A DNA stretch of 64,000 nucleotides, taken from assembly GCA_951406725.2 (NCBI GenBank), contig OX597827.1, positions 64,418,001 to 64,482,000 of the forward strand, read 5' to 3'. Of this stretch, positions 1-12,300 are shown one piece after another (position 1 is the first letter of the stretch; each line of letters begins with the position of its first letter). A model generated the notes under the pieces. It was not told the origin of the DNA, made no database searches, and was given only the letters and a program-made list of their open reading frames with translations. Position numbers and translations under genes: made by a program. Origin of the DNA: Octopus vulgaris. Taxonomy: Eukaryota.

Positions 1-586
1 GATTCTATTTATAGATTCTATTTATAGATTCTATTTATAGATTCTATTTATAGATTCTATTTAGAGATACTATTTATTTATTTATTTATTTATTTATTTA
101 TATATTCTATTTATAGATTCTATTTATAGATTCTATTTATAGGTTCTATTTATAGATTCTATTTATAGATTCTATTTATAGATTCTATTTATAGATATTA
201 TTTATTTATATTTATTTATTTATTTAGATTCTATTTATAGATTCTATTTATAGATTCTATTTATAGATTCTATTTATAGATTCTATTTATTTATTTATTT
301 ATTTATTTATAGATTCTATTTATAGATTCTATTTAAAGATACTATTTATAGATTCTATTTATAGATTCTATTTATAGCTTCTATTTATTTATTCTCTTTA
401 TAGATTCTATTTATAGATACTAATTATTTATTTATTTATTTATTTATAGATTCTATTTATAGATTCTATTTATAGATTCTATTTATAGATACTATTTATA
501 GATTCTATTTATAGATTCTATTTATAGATTCTATTTATAGATTCTATTTATAGATTCTATTTATAGATCCTATTAATAGATTCTAT

Positions 587-625
<39 letters not shown>

Positions 626-1321
626 TAGATTCTATTTATAGTTTCTATTTATAGATTCTATTTATAGATACTATTTATTTATTTATTTATTTATAGATTC
701 TATTTATAGATTCTATTTATAGATTCTATTTATAGATTCTACTTATAGATTCTATTTATAGATTCTATTTATAGATTCTATTTATAGATTCTATTTATAG
801 ATTCTACTTATAGATTCTATTAATAGATACTATTTATTTATTTACTTATTTATAGATTCTATTTATAGATTCTATTTATAGATTCTATTTATAGATTCTA
901 TTTATAAATTCTATTAATAGATTCATTTATAGATTCTATTTATAGATTCTATTTATAGATTCTAATTACAGATTCTATTTATAGATTCTATTCATAGATT
1001 CTATTTATTTATTTATTTATTTATTTATAGATTCTATTTATAGATACTATTTATAGATTCTATTTATAGATTCTATTTATAGATTCTATTTATAGATTAT
1101 ATTTATAGATTCTCTTTATAGATTCAATTTATAGATACTAATTATTTATTTATTTATTTATTTATTTATAGATTCTATTTATAGATTCTATTTATAGATT
1201 CTATTTATAGATACTATTTATAGATTCTATTTATAGATTCGATTTATAGATTCTATTTATAGATTCTATTTATAGATACTATTTATAGATTATATTTATA
1301 GATCCTATTAATAGATTCTAT

Positions 1322-1366
<45 letters not shown>

Positions 1367-1623
1367 TTTATGTATAGATTCTATTTATAGATTCTATTTA
1401 TAGATTCTATTTATAGATACTATTTATTTATTTATTTATTTATAGATTCTTTTTATAGATTCTATTTATAGATTCTATTTATAGATTCTACTTATAGATT
1501 CTCTTTATAGATTCTATTTATAGATTCTATTTATAGATTCTATTTATAGATTCTATTTATAAATACTATTTATTTATTTATTTATTTATAGATTCTATTT
1601 ATAGATTCTATTTATAGATACTA
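1..1623 (+). repeat. AT-rich 13-bp satellite (TAGATTCTATTTA)n with interspersed (TATT)n runs, forward orientation
   Basis: Direct tandem periodicity gattctatttata, with variants such as gatactattt and gattctattaata. The array runs off the left edge of the window. Confidence 0.97.
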
Positions 1624-3813
1624 ATAGAATCTATAAATAGAATCTATAAATAGAATCTATAAATAGAATCTATAAATAGAATCTATAAATAAATAAATAA
1701 ATAAATAGAATCTATAAATAGAATCTATATATAGAATCTATAAATAGAATCTATAAATAGAATCTATTAATAGAATCTATAAATAGAATCTATAAATAGA
1801 ATCTATTAATAGAATCTATTAATAGAATCTATAAATAGAATCTATTAATGGAATCTATAAATAAATAAATAAGTAAATAAATTGTATCTATAAATAGAAT
1901 CTATAAATAGAATCTATAAATAGAATCTATTAATAGAATCTAATAGAATCTATTAATAGAATCTATAAATAGAATCTATTAATAGAATCTATAAATAGAA
2001 TCTATAAATAGAATCTATAAATAAATAAATAGGTAAATAAATTGTATCTATAAATAGAATCTATAAATAGAATCTATGAATAGAATCTATAAATAGAATC
2101 TATAAATAAATAAATAAATAAATAAATAAATAGAATCTATAAATAGAATCTATATATAGAATCTATAAATAGAATCTATAAATAGAATCTATTAATAGAA
2201 TCTATAAATAGAATCTATAAATAGAATCTATTAATAGAATCTATAAATAGAATCTATAAATAGAATCTATAAATAAATAAATAAATAAATAAATAAATAG
2301 AATCTATAAATAGAATCTATATATAGAATATATAAATAGAATCTATAAATAGAATCTATTAATAGAATCTATAAATAGAATCTATAAATAGAATCTATAA
2401 ATATGAATCTATAAATAAATAAATAAATAAATAAATAGAATCTATAAATAGAATCTATAAATAGAATCTATAAATACAATCTATTAATAGAATCTATAAA
2501 TAGAATCTATAAATTGAATCTATAAATAGAATCTATTAATAAATAGAATCTATAAATAAATAAGTAAATAGAATCTATAAATAGAATCTATAAATAGAAT
2601 CTATAAATAGAATCTATAAATAGTATCTTTAAATAGAATCTATAAATAGAATCTATAAATAAATAAATAAATAAATAAATAGAATCTATAAATAGAATCT
2701 ATAAATAGAATCTATAAATAGAATCTATAAATAGAATCTATAAATAAATAAATAAATATATAAATAGTATCTATAAATAGAATCTATAAATAGAATCTAT
2801 AAATAGAATCTATAAATAGAATCTATAAATAGAATCTATAAATAGAATCTATAAATAGAATATATAAATAAATAAATAAATAAATAAATAAATAGTATCT
2901 CTAAATAGAATCTATAAATAGAATCTATAAATAGAATCTATAAATAGAATCTATAAATAGAATCTATAAATAGAATCTATAAATAGAATCTATAAATAAA
3001 TAAATAAATAAATAAATAAATAGTATCTATAAATAGAATCTATAATAGAATCTATAAATAGAATCTATAAATAGAATCTATAAATAGAATCTATAAATAG
3101 AATCTAAAAATAAATAAATAAATAAATAAATAGTATGTATAAATAGAATCTATAAATAGAATCTATAAAGAGAATCTATAAATAGAATCTATAAATAGAA
3201 TCTATAAATAGAATGTATAAATAAATAAATAAATAAATAAATAGTATCTATAAATAGAATCTATAAATAGAATCTATAAATAGAATCTATAAATAGAATC
3301 TATAAATAGAATCTATAAATAAATAAATAAATAAATAAATAAATAGTATCTATAAATAGAATCTATAAATAGAATCTATAAATAGAATCTATAAATAGAA
3401 TCTATACATAGAATCTATAAATAGAATCTATAAATAGAATCTATAAATAGAATCTATAAATAAATAAATAAATAAATAGTGTCTATAAATAGAATCTATA
3501 AATAGAATCTATAAATAAATAAATAAATAAATAAATAGAATCTATAAATAGTATCTATAAATAGAATCTATAAATAGAATCTATAAATAAATAAATAAAT
3601 AAATAGTATTTATAAATAGAATCTATAAATAGAATCTATAAATAGAATCTATAAATAGAATCTATAAATAGAATCTATAAGTAGAATCTATAAATAGAAT
3701 CTATAAATAGAATCTATAAAAAGAATCTATAAATAAATAAATAATTAAATAGTATCTATAAATAGAATCTATAAATAGAATCTATAAATAGAATCTATAT
3801 ATAAATAAAAAAA

Positions 3814-3848
<35 letters not shown>

Positions 3849-5622
3849 ATAGAATCTATTAATAGGATCTATAAATATAATCTATAAATAGTATCTATAA
3901 ATAGAATCTATAAATAGAATCTATAAATCGAATCTATAAATAGAATCTATAAATAGTATCTTTAAATAGAATCTATAAATAGAATCTATAAATAGAATCT
4001 ATAAATAAATAAATAAATAAATAATTAGTATCTATAAATAGAATCTATAAAGAGAATCTATAAATATAATCTATAAATAGAATCTATAAATAGAATCTAT
4101 AAATAGAATCTATAAATAGTATCTATAAATAGAATCTATAAATAAATAAATAAATAAATAAATAGAATCTATGAATAGAATCTATAAATAGAATCTGTAA
4201 TTAGAATCTATAAATAGAATCTATAAATAGAATCTATAAATCGAATCTATTAATAGAATTTATAAATAGAATCTATAAATAGAATCTATAAATAGAATCT
4301 ATAAATAGAATCTATAAATAAGAAAATAAATAAATAGTATCTATTAATAGAATCTATAAGTAGAATCTATAAATAGAATCTATAAATAGAATCTATAAAT
4401 AGAATCTATAAATAGAATATATAAATAGAATCTATAAGTAGAATCTATAAATAGAATCTATAAATAGAATCTTTAAATAGAATCTATAATTAAATAAATA
4501 AATAAATAAACAGTATCTATAAATAGAATCTATAAATAGAATCTATAAATAGAATCTATAAATAGTATCTATAAATAGAATCTATAAATAGAATCTATAA
4601 ATAGAATCTATAAATAAATAAATAAATAAATAATTAGTATCTATAAATAGAATCTATAAAGAGAATAGATAAATAGAAGCTATAAATAGAATCTATAAAT
4701 AGAATCTATAAATAGTATCTTTAAATAGAATCTATAAATAGAATCTATAAATAAATAAATAAATAAATAAATAGAATCTATAAATAGAATCTATAAATAG
4801 AATCTATAAATAGAATCTATAAATAGAATCTATAAATAGAATCTATAAATAAATAAATAAATATATAAATAGTATCTATAAATAGAATCTATAAATAGAA
4901 TCTATAAATAGAATCTATAAATAGAACCTATAAATAGAATCTATAAATAGAATCTATAAATAGAATATATAAATAAATAAATAAATAAATAAATAAATAG
5001 TATCTCTAAATAGAATCTATAAATAGAATCTATAAATAGAATCTATAAATAGAATCTATAAATAGAATCTATAAATAGAATCTATTAATAGAATCTATAA
5101 ATAAATAAATAAATAAATAAATAGTATCTATAAATAGAATCTATGAATAGAATCTATAAATAGAATCTATAAATAGAATCTATAAATAGAATCTATAAAT
5201 AGAATCTATAAATAAATAAATAAATAAATAGTATGTATAAATAGAATCTATAAATAGAATCTATAAATAGAATCTATAAATAGAATCTATAAATAGAATC
5301 TATAAATAGAATCTATAAATAGAATGTATAAATAAATAAATAAATAAATAAATAGTATCTATAAATAGAATCTATAAATAGAATCTATAAATAGAATCTA
5401 TAAATAGAATCTATAAATAGAATCTATAAATAAATAAATAAATAAATAAATAAATAGTATCTATAAATAGAATCTATAAATAGAATCTATAAATAGAATC
5501 TATAAATAGAATCTATACATAGAATCTATAAATAGAATCTATAAATAGAATCTATAAATAGAATCTATAAATAAATAAATAAATAAATAGTGTCTATAAA
5601 TAGAATCTATAAATAGAATCTA

Positions 5623-5653
<31 letters not shown>

Positions 5654-5773
5654 ATAGAATCTATAAATAGTATCTATAAATAGAATCTATAAATAGAATC
5701 TATAAATAAATAAATAAATAAATAGAATCTATAAATAGAATCTATAAATAGAATCTATAAATAGAATCTATAA
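1624..5773 (-). repeat. Same AT-rich 13-bp satellite in inverted orientation, (TAAATAGAATCTA)n with (AATA)n runs
   Basis: The monomer is the reverse complement of the one in 1-1623, and the switch is abrupt at tagatacta|atagaatcta. Confidence 0.97.
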
Positions 5774-5777
5774 TTAG

Positions 5778-5809
5778 ATTCCTTCCTCCCATTCCTCCGA
5801 CTTCCTCCC
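5778..5809 (+). repeat. Orphan fragment of the 58-bp satellite monomer
   Basis: attccttcctcccattcctcc matches the pyrimidine tract of the 58-mer whose array starts 3.5 kb downstream. Confidence 0.75.
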
Positions 5810-6361
5810 GGTTTGAACCAGTTTGAGCCGGATTGAACCGGTTTGAACCAGTTTGAACCAGTTTGAACTGGTTTGATCTGGTTTGAACTGGTTTGACCCT
5901 GTTTGAACCGGTTTGAACCGGTTTGTACTGGTATGACCCGGTTTGAACCGGTTTGAAATGGTTTGACCCGGTTTGAACCTGTTTGAACCAGTTTGAACGG
6001 GTTTGATACGGTTCAAAGTGGACCAAACCGGTACAAACCGAATAAAACCGGTTCAAACCGGATCAAAATGTTTGATGAAAATGTTTGATGAAAATGTTTG
6101 ATGAAAATGTTTGATGAAAATTTTTGATGAAAATGTCTGATGAAAATGTCTGATGAAAAATGTTTGATGAAAATGTCTAATGAAAAACGTTTGATGAAAG
6201 TGTTTGAACTGGTTTGATCCGGTTTGAACCGGTGTGAACCAGTTTGAACCAGTTGGAACCGTTTTGAATTGGTTAGATCCGGTTTGAACTTGTTTGATGT
6301 GGTTGATCCGGTTTGAGCCGGCTTGAACCTGTTTAATGTTTGATGAAAATGTCTGATGAAA
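5810..6361 (+). repeat. Composite island: 10-mer (GGTTTGAACC)n, linker, 13-mer (TGTTTGATGAAAA)n, 10-mer, 13-mer
   Basis: Tandem 10-bp and 13-bp periodicities. Diagnostic variants (gtctaatgaaaaacg; ggttagatccggtttgaacttgtttgatgtgg) are shared with 8885-9310 and 52830-53230. Confidence 0.93.
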
Positions 6362-6449
6362 TTTATTTATTTATAGATTCTATTTATCGATTCAATTTTA
6401 TAGATTCTATTTATAGATTCTATTTACAGATTCTATTGATAGATTCTAT

Positions 6450-6484
<35 letters not shown>

Positions 6485-8884
6485 TAGATTCTATTTATAG
6501 ATTCTATTTATAGATTCTATATATAGATACTATTTATAGATTCTATTTATAGATTATATTTATAGATACTATTTATAGATTTGAACCAGTTTGAACCGGT
6601 TTGAACCAGTTTGAACCGGTTTGAACTGGTTTGACCAGTTTGAACCGGTTTGAATTTATAGCTACTATTTATAGATTCTATTTATAGATTCTATTTATAG
6701 ATTCTATTTATAGATTCTATTTATAGATTCTATTAATAGATTCTATTTATAGATTCTATTTATTTATTTATTTATTTATAGATTCTATTTATAGATTCTA
6801 TTTATAGATTCTATTTATAGATACTATTTATAGATTCTATTTATAGATTCTATATATAGATTCTAATTATAAATTCTATTTATAGATTCTATTCATTTAT
6901 TTATTTATTTATTTATTTATAGATTCTATTTATAGATTCTATTTATAGATTCTATTTATAGATTCTATTTATATATTTATTTATTTATTTATAGATTCTA
7001 TATATAGATTCTATTTATAGATTCTATTTATAGATTCTATTTATAAATTCTATTTATAGATTCTATTCATTTATTTATTTATTTATTTATTTATAGATTC
7101 TATTTATAGATTCTTTTTATAGATTCTATTTATAGATTCTATTTATAGATTCTATTTATAGATTCTCTTTATAGATTCTATTTATAGATTCTATTTATAG
7201 ATTCTATTTATAGATACAATTTATTTACTTATTTTTTTATTTATAGATTCTATTTATAGATTCTATTTAAGGATTCTATTAATAGATTCTATTTATAGAT
7301 TCTATTAATAGATTCTATTAATAGATTCTATTAATAGATTCTATTTATAGATCCTATTTATAGATTCTATTTATAGATTCTATTTATAGATTCTATTTAT
7401 AGATTCTATTTATAGATTCTATTTATAGATTCTATTTATAGATTCTATTTATAGATACAATTTATTTACTTATCTATTTATTTATAGATTTTATTAATAG
7501 ATTCTATTTATAGATTCTATTAATAGATTCTATTAATAGATTCTATTTATAGATTCTATTTATAGATTCTATTAATAGATTCTATTTATAGATTCTATTT
7601 ATAGATTCTATATATAGATTCTATTTATAGATTTTATTTATTTATTTATTTATTTATAGATTCTATTTATAGATTCTATTTATAGATTCTATTTATAGAT
7701 TCTATTTATAGATTCTATTTATAGATTCTATTTATAGATACAATTTATTTACTTATTTATTTATTTATAGATTCTATTAATAGATTCTATTTATAGATTC
7801 TATTAATAGATTCTATTAATAGATTCTATTTATAGATTCTATTTATAGATTCTATTAATAGATTCTATTTATAGATTCTATTTATAGATTCTATATATAG
7901 ATTCTATTTATAGATTCTATTTATTTATTTATTTATTTATTTATTCATAGATTCTATTTATAGATTCTATTTATAGATTCTATTTATATATTCTATTTAT
8001 AGATTCTATTTATAGATACAATTTATTTACCTATTTATTTATTTATAGATTCTATTTATAGATTCTATTAATAGATTCTATTTATAGATTCTATTAATAG
8101 ATTCTATTAATAGATTCTATTAATAGATTCTATTTATAGATTCTATTTATAGATTCTATTTATAGATTCTATTTATAGATTCTATTTATAGATTCTATTA
8201 ATAGATTCTATTTATAGATTCTATTTATAGATTCTATTTATAGATACTATTTATAGATTCTATTTATAGATACAATTTATTTACTTATTTATTTATTTAT
8301 AGATTCTATTTATAGATTCTATTTATAGATTCTATTTATAGATTCTATTAATAGATTCTATTAATAGATTCTATTAATAGATTCTATTCATAGATTCTAT
8401 TTATAGATTCTATTTATAGATTCTATTTATAGATACAATTTATTTACTTATTTATTTATTTATAGATTCTATTTATAGATTCTATTTATAGATTCTATTT
8501 ATAGATTCTATTAATAGATTCTATTAATAGATTCTATTAATAGATTCTATTCATAGATTCTATTTATAGATTCTATTTATAGATTCTATTAATAGATTCT
8601 ATTTATAGATTCTATTTATAGATTCTATTTATAGATTCTATTTATAGATTCTATTTATAGATTCTATTTATAGATTCTATTTATAGATACAATTTATTTA
8701 CTTATTTATTTATTTATAGATTCTATTTATAGATTCTATTTATAAATTCTATTTATAGATTCTATTCATTTATTGATTTATTTATTTATAGATTCTATTT
8801 ATAGATTCTTTTTATAGATTCTATTTATAGATTCTATTTATAGATACTTTTTATTTATTTATTTATTTATAGATTCTATTTATA
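6362..8884 (+). repeat. AT-rich 13-bp satellite, forward orientation, with a 75-bp 10-mer insert at 6580-6654
   Basis: gattctatttata periodicity, with the subfamily variant gatacaatttatttactt recurring from about 7210. Confidence 0.96.
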
Positions 8885-9310
8885 GAACCAGTTTGAACCG
8901 TTTTGAATTGGTTAGATCCGGTTTGAACTTGTTTGATGTGGTTGAACCAGTTTGAACCGGTTTGAACTGGTTTGACCCGGTTTGAACCGATTTGAACTGG
9001 TTTGATCCGGTTTGAACCGGTTTGAACCAGTTTGAACTGGTTTGATACGGTTGAAACCAGACGAAACCGCTTCAAATCGAATAAAACCTAATCAAACCGG
9101 ATCAAAATGTCTGATGAAAATGTTTGATGAAAATGTTTGATGAAAATGTTTGATGAAAATTTTTGATGAAAATGACTGATGAAAATGTCTGATGAAAAAT
9201 GTTTGATGAAAATGTCTAATGAAAAACGTTTGATGAAAGTGTTTGATGAAAGAGTTTGAACTGGTTTGATCCGGTTTGAACCGGTTTGAACAGGTTTGAA
9301 ACTGTTTGAA
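8885..9310 (+). repeat. Composite 10-mer/linker/13-mer/10-mer module forming the left flank of the 58-bp array
   Basis: GGTTTGAACC units, the caaatcgaataaaacc linker at about 9073-9088, TGTTTGATGAAAA units, then 10-mers running directly into the 58-mer. Confidence 0.93.
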
Positions 9311-12300
9311 CCATTCCTCCCCTTCACCTTCAAATCCCACTATCTGGAATGTTCAATATTCCTACTTCCCCTTCCTCCATTTCACCTTAAAATCCCCCTC
9401 TCTGGAATGTTCAGTATCCCTTCTTCCCCTTCCTCTGCTTCACCTACAAATCCCCCTCTCTGGAATGTTCCATATTCCTTTCTCCACTTCCGCCCCTTCA
9501 ACTTCAAATCCCCCTCTATGGAATGTTCAATATTCCGTCCTCCCCTTCCGCCCCTTCACCTTCAAATCCCCCTCTCTGGAATGTTCAATATTCCTTCCCC
9601 CCCTTCACCTTCAAATCCCCCTCTCCGGAATGTTCAATATTCCTCCGTCCCATTTCTCCCCTTCACCTCAAACCCCCTCTGTGGAATGTTCAATATTCTT
9701 TCCTCACCTTCCTCTCCTTCACCTTCAAATCCCACTCCCTGGAATGTTGAATATTCCTTCTACACATTCCTCCCCTTCACCTTCAAATCCCACTCTCTGG
9801 AATGTTCAATATACCTACCTCCCCTTTCTCCATTTCACCCTCAAATCCCCCCCTCTCGAAAGTTCAGTATCCCTTCCTCAACTTACTCCCCTTCACATTT
9901 AAATCCCCCTCTCTGGAATGTTCAATATTCCGTCCTCCACTTCCACCCCTTCACCTTCAAATACCCCTCTCTGGAATGTTCAATATTCCGTCCTCCCTTT
10001 CTGCTCCTTCACCTTGAAATCCCCCTCTCCGGAATGTTCAATATTCCTCCCCCCTTCACCTTCAAATCACCCTCTCTGGTATGTTGAATATTCCTTCCTC
10101 CACTTCCTCCCCTTCACCTTCAAACCCCTCTCTCTGGAATGTTCAATATTCCTTCCCCCCTTCCTCCCCATCACTTTCAAATCTCCCTCTCTGGAATGTT
10201 GAATATTCCTTCATCCCATTCCTCCCCTTTACCTACAAATCCCACTCTCTGGAATGTGGAATATTCCTTCTTCCCATTCCTCCGCTTCACCTTCAAATCC
10301 TACTATCTGGAATGTTCAATATTCCTACCTCCCCTTCCTCCATTTCACCTTCAAATCCCCCCTCTGGAATGTTCAGTATCCCTTCCTCCCCTTCCTCCCC
10401 TTCACCTTCAAATCCCCCTGTCTGGAATGTTCCATATTCCTTCCTCCACTTCCGCCCCTTCACCTTCAAATCCCCCTCTATGGAATGTTCAATATACCGT
10501 CCTCCCCTTCCGCCCCTTCACCTTCAAATCCCCCTCTGTGGAATGTTCAATATTCCTTCCCCCCTTCACATTGAAATCCCCCTCTCTGGAATGTTCAATA
10601 TTCCTTCCTCCCCTTCCTCCCCTTCACCTTCAAAACCCCCTCTCTGGAATATTGAACATTCCTTCTTCCCATTCCTCCGCTTTACCTTCAAATCCCACTC
10701 TCTGGAATGTTGAATATTCCTTCCTCCCCTTCGCCACCTTCACCCTCAAAACCCCCTCTCTGGAATATTGAACATTCCTTCTTCCCATTCCTCCGCTTTA
10801 CCTTCAAATCCCACTCTCTGGAATGTTCAATATTCCATCCTCCCCTTCCGCCCCTTCACCTTCAAATCCCCCTCTCTGGAATGTTCAATATTCCTTCCCC
10901 CTTCACCTTCAAATCCCCCTCTCTGGAATGTTCAATATTCCTCTGTCCCTTTCCTCCCCTTCACCTCAAATCCCCCTCTCTGGAATGTTCAATATTCCAT
11001 ACTCCGCTTCCTCCACTTCACCTTCAAAACCCCTCTCTGGAATGTTCAGGATTCCTTCCTCTCCGTCCTCCATTCGCCGTCAAATCCCCCTCTATGGAAT
11101 GTTCAATATTCCTCCCTCGCCTTTCTCCCCTTCACCTTTAATCCCCCTCTCTGGAATGTTCAATATTCCTTCCTCCCCTTCCTCCGCTTCACCTTTAAAT
11201 CCCCCTCTTTGGAATGTTCAATATAACTTCCTCCACTTCCTCTCCTTCACCTTCAAATCCCCCTCTCTGGAATGTTCAATATTCCTCCCTCCCCTTCTTC
11301 CCCTTCACCTATAAATCCCCCTCTCTGGAATGTTCAATATTCCTTCCTCCATTTCTTCCCCTTCAACGTAAATTCCCATTCTATGGAATGTTCAATATTC
11401 CTTATTCCCCTTGCTCCCCTTCACATTTAAATCACCCTCTCTGGAATGTTCAATATTCCTTCTTCCCCTTCCTCCATTGACCTTCAAATCCCCCTCTCTG
11501 GAATGTTCAATATCCCTTCTTCCCATTCATCCCTTCACCTTCAAATCCCCCTCTCTGGAATGTTCAGGCTTCCTTCCTCCCCGTCCTACCCTTCACCGTC
11601 AAACCCCCCTCTCTGGAATGTTCAATATTCCTTCCTCCCCTTCTCCCCTTCACCTTAAAATACCCTCTCTGGAATGATCAATATTCCTTCCTTTCTTTCC
11701 TCCCCTTCACCTATAAATCCCCCTCACTGGAATGTTGAATATTCCTTCCTGCACTGCCTCCCCTTCACCTTCAAACCCCTCTCTCTGGAATGTTCAATAC
11801 TCCTTCCCCCCTTCCTCCCCATCACTTTCAAATCCCCCTCTCTGGAATGTTGAATATTCCTTCGTCCCATTCCTCCCCTTTACCTACAAATCCCACTCTC
11901 TGGAATGTTGAATATTCCTTCTTCCCATTCCTCCTATCACCTTCAAATCCCACTATCTGGAATGTTCAATATTCCTACCTCCCCTTCCTCCATTTCACCT
12001 TCAAATCCCCCTCTCTGGAATGTTCAGTATCCCTTCCTCCACTTCCGCCCCTTCACCTTCAAATCCCCCTCTATGGAATGTTCAATATACCGTCCTCCCC
12101 TTCCTCCCCTTCACCTTCAAATCCCCCTCTGTGGAATGTTCAATATTCCTTCCCCCCTTCACATTGAAATCCCCCTCTCTGGAATGTTCAATATTCCTTC
12201 CTCCCCTTCCTCCCCTTCACCTTCAAATGCCCCTCTCTGGAATATTGAACATTCCTTCTTCCCATTCCTCCGCTTTACCTTCAAATCCCACTCTCTGGAA

